Source of the DNA: Ascidiella aspersa
Lineage: Eukaryota
Length of the DNA stretch: 64,000 nt
Direction: 5' to 3'
Assembly: GCA_963924565.1 (NCBI GenBank)
Contig: OZ004609.1
Coordinates: forward strand, 18,786,001-18,850,000
The notes under the pieces are model-generated. The model made no database searches. It was not told the origin of the DNA and was given only the letters and a program-made list of their open reading frames with translations. Shown piece by piece: positions 36,445-48,400 of this stretch; position 1 is the stretch's first letter; the number at the start of each line of letters is the position of its first letter. The position numbers and the translations under genes are program-made.

Positions 36445-39400
36445 TTAGGTTTGAAGGGTGAATCGGGATCGCGTAGCCGACTTAACAAAGCCGAGGAGGG
36501 GCGTCGACTTGGAGCGGGTTAAATGTTGGTGACAAGGTTTAGGCGAAACCAACGGCGTCGAGATGCTCTCGGAGCGGCCTCTATCTTTGCTGGCGGGAAG
36601 CGACGAACTGCGTTGGACTCCGGCTTTGATTGTCTCCATCCGCCTGACGATGTCTCGGACGCCGACACCGGGCGATTTCGGTTTGCTCACGTCCTCCGAT
36701 GACTTGGACTTGCTGGCCGCGAACGGGTTCGGTTGTGACGCGGTCTCAGAGAGCCGGCGACATGTAGCGCTAGAGAGCCAGGTCGGGCGCCAGGTGGAGC
36801 GTTCGGATTGAGTACGTCTCACCCTGACCCCCTTGATGTGGAACCGTGAAACACTCGGAGGTGAACACGATGTACCCCGGACCACCTTCGGGGGCCTGTA
36901 AGGTGCCGCCGACCATAGGTTTGCAATGCCGGCCCTGATAGTTGAAGAGCTGACGTCACGTGTGGGTGACGTGGTGTCTTGTTGTTGAATAGTCCTTGTC
37001 GGTGACGAAACAGCTTGCGGTTGGTCGATAGAGAATTTGCCGACGAGGTCGCGTACGCTACTTTCCGAAACACAGGCATCACCATCTCCCTTGCTATTTT
37101 CCGGAGGAATTCCCCCCATGAGCAATTTGTTAATTAGAGTGGTTGGCGATGAATCAGTTTTAGCAGAGGGTGGACTAATCGGTTCGCTCAATATCTTGTC
37201 TTTAGATTTCTTTGACTTCGATCCCCTTCTCGTTAGCTTTTTAAGGTGCTTTTCTATCTCTCGCGCCATCTGGCGGACACGCCCTGCTTTCTTGGACGGT
37301 TGCGTGGTGGCGCCCGTGAGGTCGTCAGCAGAGAACGAAGTAGAGAACGAAGACGAACGACTGCTTTCTACCGAATCGCTCAACAACTGTGTTCCGACCT
37401 GTCGCGAGAAAGTTCTTAGGTCGAGCATAAACAGTAAATACAGCTGCTACCTTGACCAACGAATACGGCTTAGGTATCATTAGTACACCGAAAGCTATTT
37501 CAGACTCACCGAATCTTATTAATGATGCAAGCAGGGCAGGCTAGAAATACAAATAGCCTGTAGTGAGGTTCGAACTCACGACCTACGGTCATACCGCGAC
37601 CGTCGCTCTACCAACTGACCTAATCGAACCTCACTGCAGGCTAGTTGTTTTTGCAATGTACTGATATATCGGTTTTTGATTTACATGTCGATTAACACAC
37701 ATCACAAAATACCAACTGAATGGTACACAAACAAACTTTGGTTACACTATATACCAGTGTTTCCCAACCTTTTTTACACTAGTGCCCCCTTGGGCTCAAT
37801 ATTATTTCATATCGCCCCCCTCATCTTGCTTTACAGTAAAGTATCATATTAATCGTTGTCTAACATCATATTGACTTCACATTCGTTTCGATAAGCTGTC
37901 AGTCATATTTTAGGTTGTCTAACATACATTCACTATGCTAGGAATTTATAGATACATTAATTCACCAGGTTATGTCATTACCCAAAATTCAAATTTCTGC
38001 ACCAATACTTTAAATCAAGGGTCGGCAACCTTTTCTTGTCACGGGCACTAATCAAACTCATAAAGGTGTGGGCCGCACAAAATGTTAACTTAGAATTGTG
38101 TTATTGGAATGTTAGAACAACTGTGAATCAGGCGGACCTCCGATTTTTTTCATCCACCACTACTAATGAAAAGTGTAATAAAGCTACTTTAACACGATAA
38201 CTTTAATAGATAGTGTAATTCAGTGTTTGTTAAGCTCTTTAAGTCCTGGCGCACCTGGCGAGCGAAGCGAGCGCGATTTTTTTTTGGGTATACTAACATT
38301 TATTTTAAATTTCGTGCTAGTATTCATTACATTGCTAAAAAAAAAATAAAAAAATGGTAAAATATATGTCTAATATTTTTTAATACGTTTTCCGTTTGTC
38401 CGCACAGGTAACAAGCGCTTATCTATTGCAAAGACAGCATGAAAACGTAAACAAACTGGACGCAGAAAGATCAAGAAAAATGTTTGCCCGTTCTAAGTTA
38501 AAATAGTCAAAAAGTATTTAAAATGGACTTGTGTCTAGTTTTCAAAGAGGTGGCGGGCCGTAAGTTGGCGCCCCCTGCTTTAAATATACAAACATTTTGC
38601 CACGTATAAAACTGTGAAACGCAACAACAACCAACAACTTTACATAAGAAAGTCAATTATTACGTAACAATGGTCCGAAAACTACTACAAGTTCGCAGTA
38701 CGAAAGTTGCCATTTAAGGTTAAAAGTTACCTACAGTCCTGTTTGTTACTATTTATATGTGAACTTTTCAATTAATTTTGCCATAAGTACTTTCATGTAA
38801 CGCCCCCTTATATGCATTCAGCGCCCCCCAAATTAGAAACAGACCCAAAACGCCCCCTTGTAACTCACCAACGCCCACAGGGGGGCGGTACCGCCCACGT
38901 TGGGAACCTCTGCTATATACGGATCTGTTCATAAGTTTAATGGTGAAAATAACAGCCCAAATAGACGTAAAAAGCGACATGCTTATTGTTCAAACGTATC
39001 TATCGTTTTTGCGACGCTTGTTTCGCACATTTTTATCATTCCTTTATGCGACTGTGTAACTGATGTGGCCTTTATATCACTGATGATGGCACAAGCATTT
39101 GCCGAAACGTTTGAACAATAAAGCATGTCGATTTTTACGTCTATTTGGGCCGTTATTTTCACCATTAAACTTTGGTTAGCTATATATAACCATTAGGTTT
39201 ATCTTACCTCTCTGATACACAAGAGAAGTTCCGGTGACATTGGGCCGCTGGGTTTCGCATCGCTCCAATCCTGGGTTTTGTTCGGCAGTACAAGTTTGAT
39301 AGGCTCTGGCTTTACAGGTGACGATATTACGAGGGTTTCAGGAGCCAAACCACAGTCGGCCAGGTTGTTATTGTTACTGTTTGAATTTGCATTGGCAAGC

Positions 39401-42400
39401 GGACGCTTTTTGTCACCGATGTAAAACTGCGATCCAGGGGTAGGTTCGTCTTTGGCAGTGACCTCATCGAAGGCGACCTCCACAACTGTTTCATCGACTG
39501 GCACAAACGAACAAGCAGACGCTGACGGTGTCAACGGTGACGTGGTTCGACGTCTTGATGACGGCATCGACATGGTCCTCTGAATTCCCTCGCCTTCTGG
39601 CCTTGACTTCGGATCAAATGTGTTCGGCGAATTCCTACTTTCAATGTCGGTGACGATCTTACGCACGGAAAGCGCCAGCGCCTCGGAGTACGAACGACTC
39701 CGTGAGGCTGGCGACGATTCGTCGTCATTGTCAAGCGCAGATGACATGTTGGCATCATCCGCTGTCATGTTGGCAGGTGGCAGCGAGGCAGTCTTGTGGT
39801 GGCCCTTGACAAATACAGCGGAATCTTCGCTTTCCTCCGTGGTACCTGGCAGCGCGGAAACCAGCTTCGCGTCATCCGAAGGTGACTCGATGACGGCTAC
39901 GATTTGGCGAACTGGAACTTGCGATTTGAAGGGCGCCCCCTGCTGTTCGCTTTGCTCGATCGACATAGCGGAGTCGGTCGACTCGGACATCGTGAATTGC
40001 GACTTGATGCGGTCGATGTCGACGTTCTTTGCGTTCTTGAACGACGGACTGTTCATAGGCGACACCATGGACGGATGCAGCTTCTCAGGCGTCGTGACGT
40101 CAAGGGCTTCCGGGCGTGTGATTGGCTCGCACACGAGGGCTGCTGGCGACGAGGTTCGAGCCTTGGGAGACTTGCGTCGTGCGGAAGGCGTTTTGGCAAT
40201 GCTGAGCAATATGGAACAACACTTAATCACTATAAATGTTTTAGGTTTATTTTAAGCAATTACAAAACGCTTTAGTATAATTAGATGTTTGGCGAATGAA
40301 TCGGCGTGACAAACGGAAAATAAAAAAACGCCCCCAATGGCCACAGTGGCTTATCGGAGTGGCCAAAAGTTTCTTTCATATCATATTAACTTTGTTGCAT
40401 AGCCGCGATTAATTTATAATTTTAAAGAACCCATATGGGCGGTAACTATCCATTTAGATGCTGCGTTTCTCAATGGAACAAGTAGCGGTTAGAGAAAGTT
40501 CTCGTTTCCGCATGTCAGCTGTAAGAATATATATTTTGTCCAGGATTGTTATTTACTATAAAAGTCAGTAAGCAAATCCACAGTACCACAAACAAATGAA
40601 GGTATAAATGTATATTTATCACTTCGTGTGTGTTTACTGTTTATAAAACCAAAACCAATGATCTATGTTGTACAAACGTTTTTCGCACGTTTTTACGAAC
40701 CAAAACTTCGTTTACAGTTAGACTAAGAAGGCTCACCCGACGTGCACAAAAACACTGTCCTCGCTATGCGCCAGATCGTCTAGGTCGTGAGCGCCCCCGT
40801 GTGGCGAGGTGGCTGCCGTGTGGCGGCGTAGTTGAGCTCGTTTGCCGGTGAAAGACTTGCGCTTCTCTTCGGCCAGCTGCAGACGGTTGGCGTCAGAGCC
40901 GTGTGGCACGATGAACCCCGGCTCTGACACCGGGAAGCCAGCGCCTGTTGCGTCACAATTGCATGATTTTAATTAATAACACTGCTGTTTTTTTGTATAT
41001 TACAAGGCCCATCAGGCTGGTACTCGGCCTTGTCATTAGTATTGATATTTCGCCTTATTCAAGTAAAAAATATTTTTTGTTTGGTAAATAAAGAAATGAA
41101 AGACAGTACACGACCACATACCATTGCATTGATCGGGTGTCAACTGGTTATTAGGGAATGATGGTGGCGACTGATAGGGGCGTCGGCCTTCATCAGGAGA
41201 CCAGGACTTCGGGCGAGATACCTGAAAACATAATTTGACGATACAATAAGCATTTTTCGTCAGATTTCATAAATTTACATTAGTCTGAACATTGTAAAAC
41301 CTTACATTTGAAATTTACATTTAAAATCGCCTTGGAAGCACATCAATGCATTATAAACATAAACATTTACGATGCAAAACAAAAATGTATTTTGTCCTGA
41401 CGAGCAGAAAAATCTGAATATAATACACCGTGGATACGACCGATATAAGCTATTTCGAGCAAAACGACTAAGGACCAATCGAATATCAAAACGGCGCAAC
41501 AAAGCTATACCATGACGTTACATGGCGTGCTGGACAAACAACCTTCGACGAATGATCGTAAATTTGGATCGACAAAAAGAAAACGTAAGAACGTTAGTTT
41601 GACCTCGATTCAAGTCGTTCGAATCTGGGTGGCGCGCGAGAGGCAGAATAACGGCTTTTTTAGGTTTATACTCCATTAGAAAAAGCTTTTGTTTAATTTT
41701 CTCGAAACAGTTTTCAGTCACTTTACAAAGTACGACGTACTCGCGACGTTTTGGCTAAAGAGAAAGAAGGGACCGTAAAAGATACTGAACAAAAAAGTTT
41801 GTTACATCTGTAGTTATATTTGGCAGAAAATTATGTTGGACGCAAGTCCTCGTCCCCTTTGCCTAGATAACTTGTTTAAAACTGTTTATAATTTTGTGTG
41901 TACAGAAAACTTACCACATACACGCCGCTATTTAATATATTAAGATTTTCGCAAAACAAGTAAATAAACCTGTTTGCGCACTCCTGTATCAGAAATTATG
42001 GAATTTACCTATTGCCTAGAGGTGTATCATTAAATTGTCAAGTTACAATGTTAATGCTTTGTAGGAAGTGTTCTACATATATTTTTTATTTTCTTCGTGT
42101 GCCGCAAAACATAGTTTGAGAACAAAATCTTAACGGGGTGCTTGTTAGTGAAATTTATGTACTGCGAGTTAAAAACCTTATTTCTATCTGATCACGTAAC
42201 GTACACTTCTATTCTAATTGCGAAGCGAAAACAATTAAAATAAATTACTCAACAACGTTTATCACAAGAGTAAAACTACATATATTCATATATCCTTACA
42301 CAAACCACATATATATATTTATGCAACTTTTAATATGCGTTGATAATCTACCTTAGGAGTTTCCATAGAAGCGATATCGAGAAGTCGTCGGTTGAGGTCA

Positions 42401-45400
42401 AATTCGGTGCCGTCGAGAATGGATGAGTCGCCGGTTTCGTCGGAGAGCTGGATGAGAGGGGCGCTGGTGCGTGGCGAGAGGACGGGCGCTGTAGAGATCG
42501 GATGATCATCGGATATGCTCGGTTCCGACAAGCTTGACTCGGATCTCGAGCGGAAGAGCTTGTTGTGACGCTGGGCGCTGAAAATTTTTTTGCGGAAGGT
42601 CAGCCGAATAGTCCGCAAAACAAATAGACAACGGGACAATTTGAAATACGGGACAGTTTAAAATATTTGACATAACTTAACCTACAAAATACCACAAACT
42701 ATCCTTAATACAGGGATCAAACATTTAAGGGACAGACAAATTTAATTGGACTGGCGATCGCGGGTTGGATAATAAAATTTTGCTTAGGAATTCATTGATT
42801 TGAATATCATTGAAGCAAAAAACTAAAAAAATAAGCATTTATAGCTGATTTTCTGCTCACTAAAATAACACTTTATTCAAGAGACAAAACAACATATATT
42901 TTGTAAAGCGTACTGCAGAGAATATACGAGCTATGAGTTCCTATAAACCTTTCTTTTTGCATTTGCAGCAGTAAACTGTAAAGATAAGCTCGCTTCAAAT
43001 AAATTTGTTTGGCGACGCAGGAATGCTAAACAAGACAATTCCGATAACCGTAGACAAATTCAGGAACATGAACTGTTTGCATTTAACTCGGACAATGCCT
43101 ACCTGGCGGCTAGAATGCCCTCGTACTCGTCGAGCTGTAGCATGAAGCCGGAATTAGGAAGCACGATCGAGCGTCGAGTACGCACGAACTCGAGCGCGCG
43201 GGCTTTGGTCCAGTTGCGCTCCTTCATGACGTAGGCGCATACGGTGGCGCCCGATCTGCTGATGCCCATTTTGCAATGCACCAGACATTTTCCGCCGCTC
43301 CTGCGGAAATATAAAGATATATTTAATTGAGGGTACATGTATTTATAAACTATGGGATAAATGCAGCTAAAATAAAAATGCCAAAAACTGTGCGACCCTA
43401 TATTATATACAACACTGTTACGTCTCGTGTAGTGCTCAGGCATCCGACAGACCGTAAGGTAAAGATTCCTAAAACTTTAGTGTAACAAATGATTACCATA
43501 AATTTATTAGTTTTTGGATGTAAAACACATGTAAAGCTGTCTCGCGAGCAAAGGCGAGCGCTAAGTATAGGTAAGAAAGACATTCTACTTACGCCCTGGC
43601 TTCGTTAATAAACTTCCAGGTGTTGTTCCAGTGCGGCAGCAAATCAGACTCTTCAACGTCATGAAGCCGGATGTTCTTGTAGCAGAACTCACCCGGGAAA
43701 AAGTTGTCCACCTCCATCGTAACGTTCAGAACGTGCGTTATCCTTAAGAAGAGAAGATATATGACGACGTAGAAAAAATTACCGCAGCAAATATAAGGTG
43801 CGTGAAAAGGCGTAAATGGTACTTTTACAGTGTAAACCAGCAGCCGTAACAGGCAAATTTTACAACTCCTAAGACTTAAGGGTTTGTCAAATTTCACTAA
43901 GCTAGTTATGCCAATGAAACTTAACAAGGTCAAGAGCACAAGGACATTTTCAAGTGTCTTATCACGCAAAGTGTATCGCGAGACGAAATTAGGCAGGCCA
44001 CCGGCGCACCCTGATAAATTAAGCAAATCAGTTTAAAACACTCGTATTAGTTTCTCGCCACAAGTATTCTTTTATTTGCAGATGTATATATAAAGTTTAC
44101 TAAATTTATGTTTTTAAACTTGTTAAAAACGCTTATGATGATAGGACTGTTTTGCCCAACAGGCCAGTTTTAGGATTGTTCAGTGGTACACGCCGGAATT
44201 GAGTATGGCATCAATGATCGGCAAATCACAGAATTGAGTATGGCATCAATGATCGGCAAAATTTTTTGGCGCGGCCCAAAGCACTCTTTTCAGAGATATT
44301 GAAGGCCCACTACGTAAAACCACTACAAAAACAGTGGCGGATTCAGGATATTTGTTTTTTTAAAAACAAAAAAAAAAACACTGTCATGGCATAATGTAAA
44401 ACATACTGTAAAACGAACAATATGCGTGCGAAGCGCGAAAAATTTGCGCTAACATTTAGTCAAAGTTCAACTGGCTCTCAGGACCACATTTGGCACGTGC
44501 GTCTGAACCACGCTCAGACTATATAGAAATCATTAGCCATTTAGCCACACAAACTTTTAAAATAAAGTGCAATGAATGTACGGCTATCACGCGGCCCATA
44601 AGTACATGTTAACACTTAGCTATGCAAAAGTTACTTGGGGTCCACTAAAAATGGCTCTGTGGTCCACATTTGCCCCGCGGCTCACAGTTTGCCGACTACT
44701 GTATGGAAACCTTAACGCAAGGCGTTCTAGTAATATGATTTTGGAGAATTTACCAAAGTTGCGATGTTTATCGTATATAAAACGCTTTAGTAAGTTTTAT
44801 TTTCAAATTATTTTGCAACGGCCAAAAAATTACATATAAGAACAGCACACCAACCCGAGTTCTTTGAGCTCATCAACGTTGGAGGCGTTCCACTCGGAGC
44901 CCAAGTAGAGGTATTCAAGGATCTCAGAAGGACAGTCCATCTGCCCCAGCACCGTGAGCATCTCGTTGTCGATGTACTGCTTGTAGTTGGTCAGGTCCAT
45001 GTCGATCTGCGTATAAAAGCCATAAATGTTTTAAATCGCGATGACGTGAAAAAGTTAAGTTACTTCTAAACGTGAGGTCATAAAATGTAATCTTAAGAAC
45101 ACTATACGCAGATTGTTTATTATGCAACAGTTTTAGGCTGTAGAGGTGTTACTAACACAAAAGATGTAATCGATAGCGCAAAACGCCTTTTTAAGTTGCC
45201 AAAACTTTCATTTTTCGATGATGAGATAAAACGCACTATGCTTTTGGGCGAAAAATAATTTTTTTAATGTGGCAAGACATATTGGAAACGTAGAAAGTGT
45301 CATTAAACACTGGGGGTGCATGGCCACCCTGAATGGTGTTGCTAGACGGGGTTAAGCAACTTAGAATTTTACAAACCCATACTTACCACTTTTTCAAGTG

Positions 45401-48400
45401 CCTGTCTGATCTCCCTACAAGTGCAGTTATCCAGGTCCATAGTCATCATTACTTGCTTCAGCCGGTTCCGGATGATCAACTCGACCGGTGCTCGTTCGGG
45501 GTCCCTGAACAATGATTTCTTACTCTAACGAATGCTTACAAACAATCTAGATATGTAGGACACTGTTTTTTTATTTTTTATATATATATGAGCTTATTAT
45601 AAAACACTATCGGTTTTTAGTCAGATTAGTTTGTTCAAAGTTCTAAAAATGTTGTATAGTGCACAGTAACTTCGTACGTACAAAATTAATGCCTTCGGGA
45701 AACAGTTAATTCAACTTACGGCAAACTGTTATATGCAGTTCTTAAAAACATTGTGCTTGGAAATAAACAAAAGCAACGTATGTTTTACAAAGCAAGCAAA
45801 CCGCTTTTTGTTCATCTAATGATTGAAAATCAACTTCCCACTAATCGCTTCTGCAAGCAATCATAATGTCTCACGCAATCTAGTGCGACAAGCAGGAACA
45901 AGACTCACTTTTCGGCCAAGTAGTTGGGCTGATTGTCCCACAAGTCGTCGGTGTAGTTCCACTCGTTCATGTGCAGGCGCTCGGAATTCAACTTGCTTTG
46001 GTAGTAGCACGTCCAGGTGAGGTAGAGGCTTCCCTCGTAGTAGCTGTGACGACGCGCCACATCCACACACCGGTGCATGGTCTGTAGCGCTGACCTGTAC
46101 GAAGATCACATGTTGGGTGAACGATAGGACAAAGCACATATATAAGTAACAAGGATCGTTGTAAAACAATTTTTTTTCATTAAAAACCAGAACCATAAGA
46201 AAAATTAACACCGCATAGCAAAAAATTTTCTAAAAATATATTTAAAAAAAATATTTTTTATATTGGCTGAATTTCAACTACAGCCACTGTAAATTTTTAC
46301 TTTTACGTATAATTAAGGTTTGAAGATATTTGTGCACAACAAATATTTTCTGAGATACTGGTATGTTATCTTATAGTTACCATAAACCGACGGTCGTCCT
46401 TATAGCTCAAACCTCGTAGTGATACAAGTCATTTTCTTTAACTACGTCATTCGTAGGTCGAAAAAGATACTGGTCAGTTGTTACGCAATTTTAGGCTCAA
46501 GTAAAAAAAATTGAGCAGAATTACTTTGGAATGGTTTAAAAGCACGTTAATACACCCTAATTTAAAAACGTAACTCACCACATTGCTTGCACCGACACTG
46601 GTTTGAAGATGTGTACCCGATCTTTACGCGTCATCTTAAATCCCCTGAAATTGAAAAGAGGCGAAATAGGAAAACTGCATAGCCAATAGACAGCCGAAAA
46701 CTTACGTAGTCAGCCGAAAACTTACAACCTCACAGTGCTATCTACATCATTCATTATATTGAAAATTTTAATCTTTTTTCAAAAAAAAACGATAAATGTT
46801 TTATCTGCAGATGGCGAAGTACGCGTTTTGCATATTTACTCACAGATGACACATACAAAAGTAGAGCTGTTTTCGTTCCTTTTTACGAAAAATAAATACC
46901 GTGTAATGTTAGAATCAGCAGTAATTGTTAGTTGTCGTAATAGATGCGATTGTTTTATACTGCAAGTAAACAATGACAATTGTCTGTATAACAAATTTAG
47001 CATTTTTCGGACAATTGGCTGAATAACAGTTAAGTACTTTGGGGCGGATTGCGTGCCATTTTTTATTAGGTCACGTGTCACATTTGTCACGCGTGCCGCG
47101 TGTTGCACACCCCTGTACTAGTCCCACACAGAAAACTAGCACAGCACTTACCCGTCGCCGTCGAGCTTGATCGTGGTGTCGTTCCACACTGGCAGCACGA
47201 GTCCTATCTTGCATTCTGTGCTCTCGCGCGTGGCGAAGTCGCAGCCGAGAATGATGCTCTCATCAGTGTCCTGTCTTCCCTGCGTGCTCACAATCACCAG
47301 GTAACGGCGGTGGTCGTCTTTCCAGCTCTCCAGACGGACGGCCTAGCGGTGAGTGAAATGTGCGCGCGTTAGATTGGCCAGCATGAATTTGCGTTGAAAA
47401 TTAGGGTCTGGTTTAGAAACTGAGTTCTAGTTTGGCGCGTGTTTTTAAATGTACAGTGTCATCGGGATCGAAGGCCATATTTCTAACCCCATACCAAACG
47501 ACTAGACTTAGGATTTTCGCTAATGGCCAATTCAGAAGCAAAATCTAACAAACCAAAAAGGTAAAAAAAATTGGGTACGATTCTGAACGCTTAAATGTTG
47601 AGCATGAACAGATTGGCGCCAACATTTCTCAGTAATAAATGTGCAAACACTATTACCTTATATAATTTGTACTTAAAAATATACACATCGAAGTAGCAAT
47701 ACGAGGAAAAAGTCCAGGCTTGGGCATTTTGTTATCGATATAATACCGCAAAATGCTGGGTTGGATTTCGATCCGGGTGAGTGCCCAAAATAGGTTGTTG
47801 TTCTTGTCCGACATACTACACACATTTTGTTAATCTGCGACAAATTATCTTAAACGCCAAAAACTGAAGGCAAGTTTTTGAGTAAAATGTTAACGATTAA
47901 CGCTTGTGCAACTACAAAAACGAATAAAACAGACGCATAAAACGGTGAGTACTACGCTTTCAATAGTTAAGTAAACAACCAAGGTCGACCGTACGAGAAA
48001 TATGTAAACGGTCCGACTTTTTTAGTTTGAGTTCGGAACGATCCTCAATATATGTGACTTGTTTTATCAAGCAAGTTTACTCACCAGCTTTATGTTGTCT
48101 TGTGGTCGTAAAAGATGGAAAATAGCACGTAGGTGGATTTGCAGCTCGCCTGTCAAATAAACAATCATTTAGTTATTTAAAATTTCCATCAGTATACGTA
48201 ACAACAGAAGCACGAATTAATTGCTTTATGATTAAAACATAGCTGAAAAAAGGATATGTATAATATTGTTCGAGAAAGTATTGTGTATATGGCAACAACA
48301 GCATAAAAGTCACCACCAATAAGGTGAACACTAAATTGCTTTAACCAACGAAGGTGAGCCGGAAAAGCTTTTGAAATGCGATTTTCTCCTGATATCCAGC

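Noticed and set aside
37554-37643. Functional tRNA gene
   Set aside because: There is no normal 7-bp acceptor stem, the anticodon loop lacks the conserved U33, and the 5' flank is an inverted copy of the T-arm.
39620-40275. Plus-strand ORFs of 211 aa and 123 aa (also 37037-37483 and 36563-36811)
   Set aside because: They are antisense shadows of GC-rich SSH exons with no independent coding signal.
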